Positions 1 through 9,854 of a stretch of 64,000 nucleotides of DNA are shown in pieces (the first letter of the stretch is position 1; each line of letters begins with the position of its first letter). The translations under genes were made by a program, and so were the position numbers. The stretch is taken from the NCBI RefSeq assembly GCF_947259025.1, contig NZ_CAMYKO010000007.1:23945-87944 (forward strand), given 5' to 3'. The notes under the pieces are model-generated. The model saw only the letters and a program-made list of their open reading frames with translations. It had not been told where the DNA came from and did no database searches. This DNA comes from an uncultured Methylophaga sp. (GTDB taxonomy: Bacteria; Pseudomonadota; Gammaproteobacteria; Nitrosococcales; Methylophagaceae).

Positions 1-1292
1 ATGGCGATAGCTTCTTTGGCGGGCTGAACCTGGCTGGCGTCCCACGGTGGCACATCTGCCGTGACGGCTTGTAACGCCTGCTGTTTGATATCGTCGGCAG
101 CGGCGCGCGCAAACACCAGACATTCCAGCAAAGAGTTACTGGCCATGCGATTAGCACCATGCAGGCCGGTATGCGCCGTTTCACCCACCGCATAAAGACC
201 GGGGATATCGGTACGGCCCTGTAAATCAGTCATGATGCCGCCGCAGGTATAGTGGGCAGCCGGCACCACCGGCACCGGTTCTCGGGTCATATCTATCCCC
301 AGCGCCAGGCAGCGTTTGTAGATGGTCGGGAAATGGCTTTTGATAAAGGTAGCCGGTTTGTGCGAAATATCCAGATACACACAATCGTGGCCCAGTCGTT
401 TCATTTCATGGTCAATTGCGCGTGCCACCACATCACGCGGCGCTAGTTCGCCACGGGGATGGAAGCGCTGCATAAAGCGCTCGCCGTTGGCCAGCAGCAG
501 CCTGGCACCCTCACCGCGCAATGCTTCGCTGATCAGAAATGATTTTGCCCTGGGATGAAAAAGGCAGGTGGGGTGGAACTGGACGAACTCCATATTGGCC
601 ACCCGGCATCCGGCACGCCAGCCCATTGCGATGCCATCGCCGGTCGATACATCCGGATTGCTGGTATAGAGATAGACCTTGCCGGCACCGCCGGTGGCCA
701 GCACCGTGACCGGAGCCAGAAAAGTTTTGGTTTCATCTTTTTCGATATCGAGCACGTAGCAGCCCAGCGCCTTGTTAAGCGTTTCCTTGAGATGTTTCTG
801 ACTTGTGATGAGATCAATCCCGATATGGTAGGGAAACAGACTGATGCCGGGATGGGCCTTGGCCTTGTCCAGCAACGTGGTCTCAACTTCGCGACCGGTG
901 GCATCGGCTGAGTGAATAATGCGGCGATGACTGTGACCGCCTTCCCGGGTCAAATGATAGGTTTCAGAAGTGACGCCGTCGCGGGTAAAGGTCACGCCCT
1001 GGTCAATCAGCCACTCAATATTTTCCCGGGCATGCTCCACCGTATAGCGCACGGCTTCCTCGTTGCACAAACCGGCGCCGGCGAGCAGGGTGTCATCAAT
1101 ATGTGACTGAATAGAATCAGTTTTATCCAGCACCACGGAAATGCCGCCCTGGGCATACAAAGAGGCGCCTTCATCAAGTTGTCCCTTGGATATGACCGCA
1201 ACACGGGCATGGTCTGCCATGTGCAAAGCCAGTGTCAGGCCGGCGGTGCCACTGCCGATAATCAGAATGTCAAACTGCTGTGTTGTGGTCAT
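1..1292 (-). CDS. nadB: L-aspartate oxidase, partial (3' end lies beyond window start)
   Basis: Translated by hand: ATG at 1292 gives MTTTQQFDILIIGSGTAGL (FAD-binding GxGxxG); later HYTCGG and GLHGANRMASNSLLEC; divergent from rpoE as usual. Absent from the ORF track because no stop codon lies in the window. Confidence 0.95.
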   Translation of the reverse strand, partial: MTTTQQFDILIIGSGTAGLTLALHMADHARVAVISKGQLDEGASLYAQGGISVVLDKTDSIQSHIDDTLLAGAGLCNEEAVRYTVEHARENIEWLIDQGVTFTRDGVTSETYHLTREGGHSHRRIIHSADATGREVETTLLDKAKAHPGISLFPYHIGIDLITSQKHLKETLNKALGCYVLDIEKDETKTFLAPVTVLATGGAGKVYLYTSNPDVSTGDGIAMGWRAGCRVANMEFVQFHPTCLFHPRAKSFLISEALRGEGARLLLANGERFMQRFHPRGELAPRDVVARAIDHEMKRLGHDCVYLDISHKPATFIKSHFPTIYKRCLALGIDMTREPVPVVPAAHYTCGGIMTDLQGRTDIPGLYAVGETAHTGLHGANRMASNSLLECLVFARAAADDIKQQALQAVTADVPPWDASQVQPAKEAIA

Positions 1293-1340
1293 ACGCTCTT
1301 ATACGGGTACAATAGGAGAAATTTATTTTGCATGGATTAA

Positions 1341-1368
1341 GGAACAAAGTTAAATCGAGATGGTCAAT
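1341..1368 (+). promoter_or_regulatory. Candidate sigmaE-dependent (autoregulatory) promoter of rpoE
   Basis: GGAACAA, 16 nt, TCAAT versus the sigmaE consensus GGAACTT-N16-TCAAA, about 55 bp upstream of rpoE. Confidence 0.45.
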
Positions 1369-1421
1369 CAAGCTGTTCATAAACACGAGCGCTGGCGTGT
1401 CGGTATAAGCTGGAAGATAGG

Positions 1422-2006
1422 ATGAATGCAGATCAAGAGCTAGTACGACGCGTACAGGCAGGTGATAAAAAAGCGTTTGACTTGTTGATCATGAAATATC
1501 AACAGCGGATTATCCATGTGATTACCGGCTTTGTACATGACCCGGTTGAAGCCATGGATGTGGCCCAGGAAGCTTTCATTAAAGCTTATCGCGCGCTGCC
1601 CGGCTTTCGCGGCGACAGCGCCTTCTATACCTGGCTGTATCGTATTGCTATCAATACTTCAAAAAACTATCTGACAGCCGCATCCCGCCGGCCTCCGGTG
1701 ACGGATGTGGATGCCGGTGATGCCACGATTTATTACGACGCGCCGGAATTGAAGGAATTTCAAACCCCTGAAAACAGTCTCATGAGTGATGAATTGCAAC
1801 AAGCGATTCATGAGGCGATTCAGGAATTGCCGGAGGATACGGCAACAGCCATCAAACTGCGGGAGTTTGAAGGCTTGAGTTACGAGGAAATTGCACAGGC
1901 GATGGATTGTCCAATTGGTACAGTGCGTTCCCGTATCTTTCGCGCCAGAGAGGCAATAGATAAACAGGTCAAAGCAGTGATGACGGGTGGAGAGGAACAA
2001 CAATGA
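1422..2006 (+). CDS. rpoE: RNA polymerase ECF sigma factor RpoE/AlgU
   Basis: DQELVRRVQAGDKKAFDLL, FRGDSAFYTWLYRIAINT, CPIGTVRSRIFRAREAID. Confidence 0.97.
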   Translation: MNADQELVRRVQAGDKKAFDLLIMKYQQRIIHVITGFVHDPVEAMDVAQEAFIKAYRALPGFRGDSAFYTWLYRIAINTSKNYLTAASRRPPVTDVDAGDATIYYDAPELKEFQTPENSLMSDELQQAIHEAIQELPEDTATAIKLREFEGLSYEEIAQAMDCPIGTVRSRIFRAREAIDKQVKAVMTGGEEQQ

Positions 2007-2569
2007 CTGCCAAGCAACAAGAATTATTGTCGGCATTTGTCGATGGAGAATTAAACCAACAAGAACTGGATGAGCTTTTGTCACTGATGGATTCTGATGA
2101 GAATGCCAGAGCTGACTTTCTCAGTTACCAGTTTTCCAGTGATGTATTACGAGGCTATACCAGCCGCAGTGAACCTATCGATCTAAGCAATCGTATCAGC
2201 GCTGCTCTGGAGTCTGAACCGGCTCATCAGTCAGCTAAAGCGGCTGGTGAAAAAGCCCGCGTTCTTAAATTACCGGACTGGTTCTGGAAGCAAACTGCCG
2301 GACTGGCTGCCGCAGCATCGATTGGTGCACTGGCTGTCGTCGGCGTGATTGATCAACCACAGAACTCGGTGACACCGGAACTGGCCCAGGCGCAACCCCA
2401 GCCGCAGGTGATTCAGCAACAGCCAAATGTCGCTGCTTCCAACCGCTGGACGGTGGGCGAGCGTGAAGTGGAAGACCGGCTCAACAATTATCTGGTTGAC
2501 CATAATGAATATGCTGGTGCCTCTGGTCTGTTCTCCTATGCCCGCGTCGTTTCATACGGTGAGGAGTAA
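2003..2569 (+). CDS. rseA: Anti-sigma factor RseA/MucA
   Basis: N-terminal LSAFVDGEL, one TM segment, C-terminal LNNYLVDHNEY; overlaps the rpoE stop. Confidence 0.9.
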   Translation: MTAKQQELLSAFVDGELNQQELDELLSLMDSDENARADFLSYQFSSDVLRGYTSRSEPIDLSNRISAALESEPAHQSAKAAGEKARVLKLPDWFWKQTAGLAAAASIGALAVVGVIDQPQNSVTPELAQAQPQPQVIQQQPNVAASNRWTVGEREVEDRLNNYLVDHNEYAGASGLFSYARVVSYGEE

Positions 2570-2575
2570 CATTTG

Positions 2576-3559
2576 ATGCGTTTTTTGCTTCACCTGTTTC
2601 TGGCAATGGCGCTGGCCTTACCGGCAGCGAGTTATGCGGCTGACGATGAAAAGGCCATCCAGATCCTGGAACGAATGACAGAGGCAGCAAAAAATCTCAC
2701 TTATGAAGGCGTCTTTGCCTACCAGTCAGGTAAGAACCTGCAGTCGATCCGAATCTACCATCGTGCTGATGCGCGTGGTGAATTGGAGCGGCTCATTTCA
2801 CTTAACGGTGCTGCACGCGAAGTCATCCGCAGTAATGATATGGTGACCTGTATTAATCCTGAAGGGAAGCAGGTCAATGTCAGCCGCCGGCCCCTGGGGC
2901 GCGGCTTTCCCAGTGACCTGCCGCGGCGTTTGAGTTCAGCCACACCGTTCTACGATGTCAAACTGGGCGATACCGATCGCATTGCCGGACGCAAAGCCTA
3001 TGAGTTGAACATCACCCCGGTGGATGATTACCGCTACGGTTATCGTCTGTGGGTCGATACCCAGACTTATTTGCTGCTCAAGTCAGAGTTGCTGGGCACT
3101 GATGGCGATGTGCTGGAAACCTTTGCTTTTTCTTCGATTAATACCGACGTTCACATCCCTGATCACAAACTGCGCTCACAAATGGCTGGAGAAGAGATGA
3201 CCTGGCACCGTAGTGAACCGGAAGAGCCCATCAATACAGCCACATCCAGCCAACAGTCTCGCTGGCAGACGGGTTGGTTGCCCGATGGTTTTGCTCAGGT
3301 GGCGTATCAAACCCGTCTTCGAGCCAGTAATGGCGCTGATGTTGAACAACGCGTCTATAGCGACGGACTGAGCTCTGTTTCCGTCTTTATCGAGAGAATC
3401 CGTGCGCGTCATAACCATCTGCATGGCGGCTCTCATGTCGGCGCTATCAATGCCTTTGGCACCATCATGCATGCACATTTTGTCACGGTTGTCGGTGAAG
3501 TACCTGCAGACACCGTCAAAAAAATCGGCAACCAGATTAGCTTCAGCGATACCCCCTGA
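2576..3559 (+). CDS. rseB: Periplasmic sigmaE regulator RseB/MucB
   Basis: Signal peptide, LTYEGVFAY, YRYGYRLWVD, VYSDGLSSVSVFIE. Confidence 0.92.
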   Translation: MRFLLHLFLAMALALPAASYAADDEKAIQILERMTEAAKNLTYEGVFAYQSGKNLQSIRIYHRADARGELERLISLNGAAREVIRSNDMVTCINPEGKQVNVSRRPLGRGFPSDLPRRLSSATPFYDVKLGDTDRIAGRKAYELNITPVDDYRYGYRLWVDTQTYLLLKSELLGTDGDVLETFAFSSINTDVHIPDHKLRSQMAGEEMTWHRSEPEEPINTATSSQQSRWQTGWLPDGFAQVAYQTRLRASNGADVEQRVYSDGLSSVSVFIERIRARHNHLHGGSHVGAINAFGTIMHAHFVTVVGEVPADTVKKIGNQISFSDTP

Positions 3560-3981
3560 TGATTGAGCAAAAAGCTACTGTCATAGGCCGCGAAGGCAAT
3601 ATTGTCTGGGTTGAGGCTGAGCGACAATCCACCTGTAGTCAGTGTCAGGCCCGTAAAGGTTGTGGCACCGGTATGCTTGCCAAACATGTTGGCCAGCGTT
3701 TTTCCCGTCTCGCAGTCCACACAGATGAAAAACTGGAAGCCGGCCAGCAGGTCATGGTGTCCATTCCCGAACAGGCGCTGCTGAGCGGAGCACTGATGAT
3801 GTATCTGTTGCCGCTGATATTCCTGTTTGCTACTGCGATGCTGGCACGCCTTACAGGTGTCGGGGAACTGCTCCAGATAATGGCTGGTCTACTAGGACTG
3901 TGTGCCGGATTCTACTGGGTCAAGCATCAAATCAAAGGCCATAATCCCGGCGTCCGTGTTCAAACAACAGAGGATTTCTAA
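3559..3981 (+). CDS. rseC: RseC/MucC (SoxR reducing system) protein
   Basis: CSQCQARKGCG motif and two C-terminal TM helices. Confidence 0.92.
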   Translation: MIEQKATVIGREGNIVWVEAERQSTCSQCQARKGCGTGMLAKHVGQRFSRLAVHTDEKLEAGQQVMVSIPEQALLSGALMMYLLPLIFLFATAMLARLTGVGELLQIMAGLLGLCAGFYWVKHQIKGHNPGVRVQTTEDF

Positions 3982-5405
3982 TGAGACATAGCAAAACCTG
4001 GACAGCAGTAATGATGCTGACGGCTTGGTTGCTGCTGAGCTTTAATGTACAGGCCCGCGCTTTGCCAGAATTCACCGAACTGGTGGCTGAAAACGGTGAA
4101 GCAGTCGTCAACATCAGTACCCGCAATAAACAGGAGCAATCGGGACCTTCATCAATGTTGCCCCCAGGCATGGAGATTCCGGAAGGTTCGGGCATTGAAG
4201 ACTTCTTCAAAAAATTCTTTGAAGGCTCACCAGGTATGCCCAACCCGCGCGAGAAGGAATCACTGGGTTCCGGTTTCGTATTGTCTGAGGACGGCTTCAT
4301 CCTGACCAACCACCATGTCATTCGTGACGCGGAAGAAATTATAGTTCGTTTCAGCGATCGCACCGAGATGGAAGCAGAATTGCTGGGCAGCGACGAACGC
4401 AGTGACATCGCCTTGCTCAAGGTTGATGCCAGCGGCCTAAAGGCTGTGAAGCTGGGTGATTCCAACGAACTGCAAGTTGGTGAATGGGTGTTGGCTATTG
4501 GCTCACCGTTTGGCTTTGATTATTCAGCCACTGCCGGTATTGTCAGTGCTCTGGGTCGTAGTTTGCCGAGCGATAGTTATGTTCCTTTCATTCAAACAGA
4601 CGTGGCAATCAACCCGGGTAACTCCGGTGGCCCGTTGTTCAATCTGGATGGTGAAGTCATAGGCATCAACTCACAAATATACAGCCGTACCGGCGGATTT
4701 ATGGGTGTCTCTTTTGCTATTCCCATTGATACTGTTATGAATGTTGTTGCCCAGATCAAAGATCAGGGCTATGTCAGTCGCGGCTGGCTGGGTGTTGTCA
4801 TTCAGGACATGACCCGTGAACTGGCTGAATCTTTCGGTCTTGAAAAACCAACCGGCGCGTTGGTATCCCGGGTTGTTGCTGACAGTCCAGCCTCTGATGC
4901 CGGATTCAAGGCAGGGGATGTCATTATGACTTTTGATGGTAAGAAGGTCGAAACGTCCTCAGATTTGCCTCCGATTGTCGGACGCACCAGGGTTAATAAA
5001 GAGGTCGATGTTGTGGTCATGCGTGATAATAAACGTGAAACCATTCAGGTCACCATTGACGAATTACCTGAAGAGCAGGATCTGGCTGCAGCAACTGGTA
5101 GCAGCAAACCGGGCCGCTTTGTTGCTGAGAATCTGTCGATGGAAGTATCTGAAATCAAACCGCAACAACGTGAGAAGCTCAACCTGCAGGAAGGTGGGGC
5201 TATGGTCATGAAAATAGAAAAAGGCCCGGCCATTACCGCAGGTATCCGACCTGGTGACGTGATTCTTAGCCTCAATAATGTTGATGTCAAAGGCGCAGCA
5301 CATTTGGTCGAAATTGCCATTGATTTGCCAGAAAATAAACAAATCCCTGTACTGATCCAGCGTAATGGTCAGACACAGTTTCTGGCACTGAAAATCGAAA
5401 AGTAA
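3981..5405 (+). CDS. mucD: DegQ/MucD-family periplasmic serine endoprotease
   Basis: LTNHHV, SDIALLKV, AINPGNSGGPL catalytic motifs; two PDZ domains. Confidence 0.93.
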   Translation: MRHSKTWTAVMMLTAWLLLSFNVQARALPEFTELVAENGEAVVNISTRNKQEQSGPSSMLPPGMEIPEGSGIEDFFKKFFEGSPGMPNPREKESLGSGFVLSEDGFILTNHHVIRDAEEIIVRFSDRTEMEAELLGSDERSDIALLKVDASGLKAVKLGDSNELQVGEWVLAIGSPFGFDYSATAGIVSALGRSLPSDSYVPFIQTDVAINPGNSGGPLFNLDGEVIGINSQIYSRTGGFMGVSFAIPIDTVMNVVAQIKDQGYVSRGWLGVVIQDMTRELAESFGLEKPTGALVSRVVADSPASDAGFKAGDVIMTFDGKKVETSSDLPPIVGRTRVNKEVDVVVMRDNKRETIQVTIDELPEEQDLAAATGSSKPGRFVAENLSMEVSEIKPQQREKLNLQEGGAMVMKIEKGPAITAGIRPGDVILSLNNVDVKGAAHLVEIAIDLPENKQIPVLIQRNGQTQFLALKIEK

Positions 5406-5429
5406 GCACCTGAATTATAAGGACTGATA

Positions 5430-5464
5430 AAGCAGCTGGTCGTTATGCGGCCAGCTGCTTTTTT
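5430..5464 (+). terminator. Rho-independent terminator of the rpoE operon
   Basis: AAGCAGCTGGTCG / CGGCCAGCTGCTT stem followed by a T run. Confidence 0.85.
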
Positions 5465-5519
5465 GTAACTAATGTCACAACTGGGGATTTATTTTTATTG
5501 TAGAATCCATTATATTAAT

Positions 5520-5538
5520 AAAAATGATTATCATTAAC
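5520..5538 (+). promoter_or_regulatory. Fur box upstream of the response regulator
   Basis: AAAAATGATTATCATTAAC, 15/19 match to GATAATGATAATCATTATC. Confidence 0.7.
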
Positions 5539-5551
5539 TTTTGAGATTGTT

Positions 5552-6253
5552 ATGAGCCAGGAAGACAGCAAAGCACGCATACTGATCATTGAAGATGACA
5601 ACAAACTCAACGAACAACTCCGGCAACTACTCGTCGCAGCAGGCTTTGATATTACCCAGGCCTTCGATGGCGAACAGGGCTTGTTGCGTGCTTTGCGTGA
5701 ACCCTTTGATCTGATTCTGCTGGATGTAGCCCTTCCCGGCAGAGATGGTTACAGCGTGCTGAAATCCATCCGGCAGAACCGGCAGACACCGGTGATGATG
5801 CTGACTGCCCATGGTGCCGAAGAGGAGCGCATCACTGGCCTGCGTAACGGTGCCGACGATTACCTGTCAAAGCCGTTTAATCTTACCGAGTTATTGCTGC
5901 GTATCGAGGCGATTCTGCGACGTTCTCTGCCACAGACCAAGCCGGAGAATGTCATGTCATGTCTGCGCCGCGCAGGGCTTGAGCTCGATAAAAGCAAGCA
6001 GCAGGTCAGTTTTGATGGCAAAACCATGACCTTCACGCCAATCCAGTTCAAGTTATTGTGGACCTTGATGCAACACCCCAACCAGACTTTGAGTAAACCG
6101 GCTTTATACCGGATGGTACTGGAGCGCGAATTCAGCCCCTATGACCGCAGCCTGGATATGCATATGAGCCGGGTACGCCGCAAACTGGTCGCTGCCGGTA
6201 TGGCGGTGGATCGATTACAAACCGTGCATGGTAGTGGCTATATGCTGCTATGA
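5552..6253 (+). CDS. OmpR-family response regulator (PfeR/PirR-like)
   Basis: Receiver domain (LIIEDD, LLDVALP, DDYLSKPF) plus winged helix (DRSLDMHMSRVRRKL, TVHGSGY). Confidence 0.9.
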   Translation: MSQEDSKARILIIEDDNKLNEQLRQLLVAAGFDITQAFDGEQGLLRALREPFDLILLDVALPGRDGYSVLKSIRQNRQTPVMMLTAHGAEEERITGLRNGADDYLSKPFNLTELLLRIEAILRRSLPQTKPENVMSCLRRAGLELDKSKQQVSFDGKTMTFTPIQFKLLWTLMQHPNQTLSKPALYRMVLEREFSPYDRSLDMHMSRVRRKLVAAGMAVDRLQTVHGSGYMLL

Positions 6254-7602
6254 AGCGGCGGCTTTTGTGGAAACTGAGTGCCGTTATTGTTGCCGGCACC
6301 GTGCTCTTGTTCTGGCTGATCCATATCCTCGTCAGTCAGACTGAGCAGCATATGAGCTTTATTGACAAGCAGCACCAGCAAACGCTGCTTGATTATGCTG
6401 ATAAGGCTGAACGACTCTATTTTTCGGAGGATCAGCAGGCCCTGTCCGACTGGCTGCAAGAGATTCAGCAAAAAGAGCAGACCTGGGTCGCTGTGGTGCA
6501 GTCCGATATTCAGCCACAGGCGGGTAGTACACTGTCATCACAATTCACTGAGCGTTTCCGACTGGGGCGCAACGTAGAGTGGAAAATTCATCTCTATTTC
6601 AAAGCAAATCCAATCATGGATATGCCCTTTGCCGATGGACGCACGCATTTTCTGATTACCCTCCCACAAAGGATGCGTCCGGGGGCTTACTGGCTTGAGA
6701 CCAACCTGTTGTTACAGCTTGCGCTGCCGATGATCCTGATGGCGATAATCAGCGTGGTGATTTACCGACATGTGATGTCACCGTTGCGGCAACTCGAGCG
6801 CGCCACCCACCAGTTCAGTGAAGGTCAGTTTGATGTCAGGCTGAAAAACAGTCTGGGTAAGCGTAATGATGAAATTACTGCACTGGCCGAAAAATTCGAC
6901 GCTATGGCAGAGCGAATTGGGCGATTGATTCAGAATCAGCGGCATCTGACCTCAGACCTGTCGCATGAACTGCGCACCCCGCTGACCCGGATTGAACTGG
7001 CCTTAAGCTGGGCTGAGCAGAACACACCAGATAGTGAACCACTGAGACGTATCCGCGAAGAATGCCAGCAAATGCGTGATATGGTCGAAGATACGCTCAG
7101 CCTGGCCTGGCTGGAAAACGAACAGCCTGAATTACAGAGCGATGAACTGGATCTGACTGATCTGATTGACAGCATCGTTGAAGACGCCCGCTTTGAATTC
7201 CCCGAACATCAGATTGAATTAAACCTGCCTGAATTTGCACCGCTGACTGAAAGCAGTGACCGCGCACTGGGTCATGCCATCGAAAACATCATTCGTAATG
7301 CACTGAGCCATACAGCTAAGGGTGGCAGGGTAGCAGTCAGCTTGCTCGCTCAGCATGACCATTACGTGGTGCATATCGACGATCAGGGACCGGGTGTTGC
7401 CAGTAAATACCTGGAAGATATCTTCAAACCATTCTTTCGCCTGGGAAGAGCCAGCCGTCATAAGTACCACGGTTTTGGCGTGGGATTATCTTTGGCCAAG
7501 CGTCAGATCGAGGCGGTTGGCGGTGAACTGCAAGCCACTAATATAGACAATAAGGGCTTACGTATGACCATTACCCTGCCAAAGGGTGTTGTTTCCGGGT
7601 AA
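6250..7602 (+). CDS. Sensor histidine kinase (PfeS/PirS-like)
   Basis: Two TM segments, HAMP, H-box SHELRTPL, NIIRNA, DDQGPGV, GFGVGL. Confidence 0.9.
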   Translation: MKRRLLWKLSAVIVAGTVLLFWLIHILVSQTEQHMSFIDKQHQQTLLDYADKAERLYFSEDQQALSDWLQEIQQKEQTWVAVVQSDIQPQAGSTLSSQFTERFRLGRNVEWKIHLYFKANPIMDMPFADGRTHFLITLPQRMRPGAYWLETNLLLQLALPMILMAIISVVIYRHVMSPLRQLERATHQFSEGQFDVRLKNSLGKRNDEITALAEKFDAMAERIGRLIQNQRHLTSDLSHELRTPLTRIELALSWAEQNTPDSEPLRRIREECQQMRDMVEDTLSLAWLENEQPELQSDELDLTDLIDSIVEDARFEFPEHQIELNLPEFAPLTESSDRALGHAIENIIRNALSHTAKGGRVAVSLLAQHDHYVVHIDDQGPGVASKYLEDIFKPFFRLGRASRHKYHGFGVGLSLAKRQIEAVGGELQATNIDNKGLRMTITLPKGVVSG

Positions 7603-7616
7603 CAAGTCACGGTTTT

Positions 7617-7634
7617 TGTGACAGAAATGTAACA
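7617..7634 (+). promoter_or_regulatory. Candidate OmpR-type tandem binding site
   Basis: TGTGACA-gaaa-TGTAACA direct repeat with 11-bp period upstream of the receptor. Confidence 0.4.
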
Positions 7635-7693
7635 GTTGTAAAAGTCGTTTCATTTCAATTAACTGCCAATTAAAATGCGACCTTGTTTTATTT

Positions 7694-7712
7694 GATAATG
7701 ATTATTATTAAC
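7694..7712 (+). promoter_or_regulatory. Fur box upstream of the TonB receptor
   Basis: GATAATGATTATTATTAAC, 16/19 match to consensus. Confidence 0.8.
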
Positions 7713-7721
7713 GAGGTTGTT

Positions 7722-9686
7722 GTGAGTAAGAACTTTAAGCCCATCAGTCGCCCGACTGTCCTCTCAGTCGCACTTTTAACCGCGATGGCTGCACAGACCG
7801 CTGTTGCAGAAACTGTCGTGCTGGATACTGTACAGGTCACCGGTAACACCATTACTCCGGAGCTGAACAGCGTTACGTCTGAACAGATTGAAAAAGTCCA
7901 GGCCAACGACCTTGAAGATTTATTTGGCCAGTCACCCGAAATTTCTGTAGGTGGTGGTGCTGATATCGCTCAAAAACTCTATGTCCGCGGTATTGAAGAT
8001 CAGTTGCTGAATATCAACATTGACGGGGCAGTTCAGGCAACCCGTCTATTCCACCATGCGGGGCGTATCAGTATTGAACCAGAGCTGCTCAAACGTGTTG
8101 AGGTCAACGCAGGTTCCGGTAATGCGCTTTCTGGCGCAGGTGCGCTGGGTGGTTCGGTCAAGTTTGTGACCAAAGATCCCGAAGATATGCTGAAGCCGGG
8201 CGAGGATTTCGGTGGTCTGGTTAAAGGTATGTTCTCCAGTAATACCGACTCTTTCAAAACCAACACCACGCTATTTGGGCGTCTGTCAGATGACTGGAGC
8301 GCCATGGTGTCTGCCACCAACTACAATGCCGATGCCTATGAAGATGGTAATGGTGATGAAGTTGAAGGAAGCAAATTCGATCAGGACTTTCTTTTTGCCA
8401 AAGTTGTTGGTCATCTTACTGATAGTCAGACCGTTCGTCTGAGTTACCAGAAACGCTCTGATGAAGGGGAAAGACCTTTCAGAACTCAATGGCCTGAACT
8501 GCCATGGAACCCGCTGGCGCCTCAGGATCTTGAGCGTGAAACAGTCACCTTCAATTACGAGTTAAATCCGATTGATAACCAGTATGTCGATTTGGATCTG
8601 ACGGTCTATAACATTGACTCAGAACTCGATCGTGGCGGAGACCGCGCTTATTTCGGTGGCGGTGAAAGTAAAGGCTTTGACCTCAGAAACACATCCATCT
8701 TTGGTATGCATAAAGTGACGTATGGTGTGGATTACCGTGAAGATGAGACCCATGCAGGGCCGCCCACAGACAAGAATGCACTGGAAGAAGATGTCAAAGT
8801 CAAAGGTGTTTATATCCAGGATGATATTCAAATCACTGATGCGCTTTTGTTAAGTGCGGGTCTGAGATACGACGACTATGAGCTGGACGATGCGGATAAC
8901 CAAAACTTTGATGAAGATGAGGTGAGTCACAACATTGGTTTGAATTATCACTTTACCGAGAACTGGAGTGCCTTTGCCTCGTATTCAGAAGCCTTCAAAG
9001 GGCCAACCTCTCAGGATGCCTACAAATTATTCGGTAGCTACGACGCGGATCTGAAACCCGAAGATGCTGACAACACGGAATTTGGTGTCGCATATGAATC
9101 CAGAACTTGGTTCGGTTCTGCCAAAATGTACCGTTCCAACATTGATGACTTGATTGCGGATGAGATCGGTGGTGACGTTGTATTCACTAATATTGGTGAC
9201 CTCGAGTCAGATGGTTACGTTCTTGAAGTTGGTCGTCGTTGGGAAAACCTGATGGGCCGTCTGAGTTATCACCATAACGATATTGAAATCGCGGGCAGAG
9301 ATGCAGGTGGTTACTCAACCAACGGTCAGGCAAACACTATCGGTGATAGTCTGGTGGCAACCCTTGATTATCAACTGAACCCAGCGTGGACATTCGGTTG
9401 GAATGCGCAGTTTGTGAAAGGGGAAGATAATGTCGATCTGTATGCACCATGGTTCCCAGAAGGTACGACAACGGACAAGCCTGGTTATGCTGTGCATGAC
9501 TTCTATGCTCAATGGCGTCCGTCTGCAACAGAAGATGTCACCATTACATTGACTGTGCGAAACGTCTTCGACAAATACTATCTAGACCATGCCAGTGTGG
9601 CAGATATCGCAGATATCAATGATGGTGTCAGAGGTTTTGCAGAACCTGGTCGAGATGTTCGCCTTGGCATCGCATGGCAGTTCTAA
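7722..9686 (+). CDS. TonB-dependent siderophore receptor, FetA/FrpB/VctA-like
   Basis: GTG start after GAGG; TonB box-like DTVQVTG; plug YVRG..LFHHAGRISIEPELLKRVEV; C-terminal PGRDVRLGIAWQF. Confidence 0.85.
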   Translation: MSKNFKPISRPTVLSVALLTAMAAQTAVAETVVLDTVQVTGNTITPELNSVTSEQIEKVQANDLEDLFGQSPEISVGGGADIAQKLYVRGIEDQLLNINIDGAVQATRLFHHAGRISIEPELLKRVEVNAGSGNALSGAGALGGSVKFVTKDPEDMLKPGEDFGGLVKGMFSSNTDSFKTNTTLFGRLSDDWSAMVSATNYNADAYEDGNGDEVEGSKFDQDFLFAKVVGHLTDSQTVRLSYQKRSDEGERPFRTQWPELPWNPLAPQDLERETVTFNYELNPIDNQYVDLDLTVYNIDSELDRGGDRAYFGGGESKGFDLRNTSIFGMHKVTYGVDYREDETHAGPPTDKNALEEDVKVKGVYIQDDIQITDALLLSAGLRYDDYELDDADNQNFDEDEVSHNIGLNYHFTENWSAFASYSEAFKGPTSQDAYKLFGSYDADLKPEDADNTEFGVAYESRTWFGSAKMYRSNIDDLIADEIGGDVVFTNIGDLESDGYVLEVGRRWENLMGRLSYHHNDIEIAGRDAGGYSTNGQANTIGDSLVATLDYQLNPAWTFGWNAQFVKGEDNVDLYAPWFPEGTTTDKPGYAVHDFYAQWRPSATEDVTITLTVRNVFDKYYLDHASVADIADINDGVRGFAEPGRDVRLGIAWQF

Positions 9687-9718
9687 ATCACTAACCTTCT
9701 GATGTTTGTCAGATTAAG

Positions 9719-9750
9719 CAAGCCAGGTATTTTTGTGCCTGGCTTGTTTT
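9719..9750 (+). terminator. Terminator after the TonB receptor
   Basis: CAAGCCAGGTA / TGCCTGGCTTG stem plus TTTT. Confidence 0.75.
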
Positions 9751-9854
9751 ACTTTAAGCCCCCGATTGATTCGCACTATTGCGTTTATTTAATGCAACCG
9801 GGTTAATACAGAAGATTGACTAGAGACACAGGCTGACTGAGGAAACTTTGAATT

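Noticed and set aside
252-1353. Short ORFs listed in the track
   Set aside because: The region is occupied by nadB on the minus strand.
7683-7721. MFYLIMIIINE N-terminal extension of the receptor
   Set aside because: This is the Fur box read as codons; the real start is GTG 7722 after GAGG.
9760-9800. Possible Fur box before DUF2218 (TGATTCGCACTATT)
   Set aside because: Match to consensus too weak to call.
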